From contig OZ176056.1 of assembly GCA_964247055.1 (NCBI GenBank), forward strand, positions 7,936,001 through 8,000,000: a stretch of DNA of 64,000 nucleotides, in the 5' to 3' direction. Numbering within the stretch: position 1 is the stretch's first letter; every line of letters starts with the position of its first letter. The position numbers and the translations under genes were made by a program. Source of the DNA: Paragordius varius (taxonomy: Eukaryota > Animalia > Nematomorpha). Of this stretch, positions 63,762-64,000 are shown one piece after another. The notes under the pieces are model-generated. The model worked only from the letters and a program-made list of their open reading frames with translations, was not told where the DNA came from and did no database searches.

Positions 63762-64000
63762 CTAATTAATTAAGTTTGAATTTATATGAAAATTTTAAAA
63801 ATAATTCATTAACTCGTAAAGATAAAAAATTTAAACTATAATTTGTCTCGAAATTTAAATAAATGCCTTTTAAAATAAAATTTTATAAAAAGAATTATAT
63901 GTTTTTCTAATAATAAAAAGTCATAGTAAATACAGTACGAGCAAGTATATATTTCTAGAAAGTTATTAATTATTGCCAAATAGAATATGCAGTAAAGAAA

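Overview
Very AT-rich, intron-rich eukaryotic (invertebrate animal-like, standard genetic code) genomic DNA; the species cannot be determined from this window. It holds two convergent multi-exon genes, both reconstructed by hand from GT-AG sites and reading-phase continuity. (1) On +, a complete 26-exon P5A-type ATPase, ATP13A1/Spf1 (10046-31199, about 1275 aa), with TGES, PPELP, DKTGTLT, KGAPE, TGDN and GDGTND motifs. (2) On -, a 5'-incomplete giant single-pass membrane protein (from at least 63761 down to 34547, about 2,800 aa within the window): Cys-containing N-terminal domain, 2 EGF-like modules, 2 DOMON-like domains, Kunitz, SEA, Thr-rich stalk, TM helix and a long cytoplasmic tail. The first 4.5 kb is a transposon graveyard: two RTE-LINE relics in inverted orientation, plus hAT, IS630/Tc1-like and Mos1-like mariner relics. 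Introns are packed with palindromic TA-flanked MITEs of at least four families and (TA)n microsatellites. A non-autonomous Helitron carrying a roughly 160-bp tandem array lies between the two 3' ends, and a short relative sits in an intron. The most unusual observations are repeated tandem duplications spanning splice junctions (decoy donors and acceptors, some leading to immediate stops), twin 27-nt introns, a probable 10-nt microexon, and the receptor's domain architecture. No prokaryotic features, CRISPR arrays, rRNA or tRNA were recognised. All family assignments come from recalled motifs; no searches were run.
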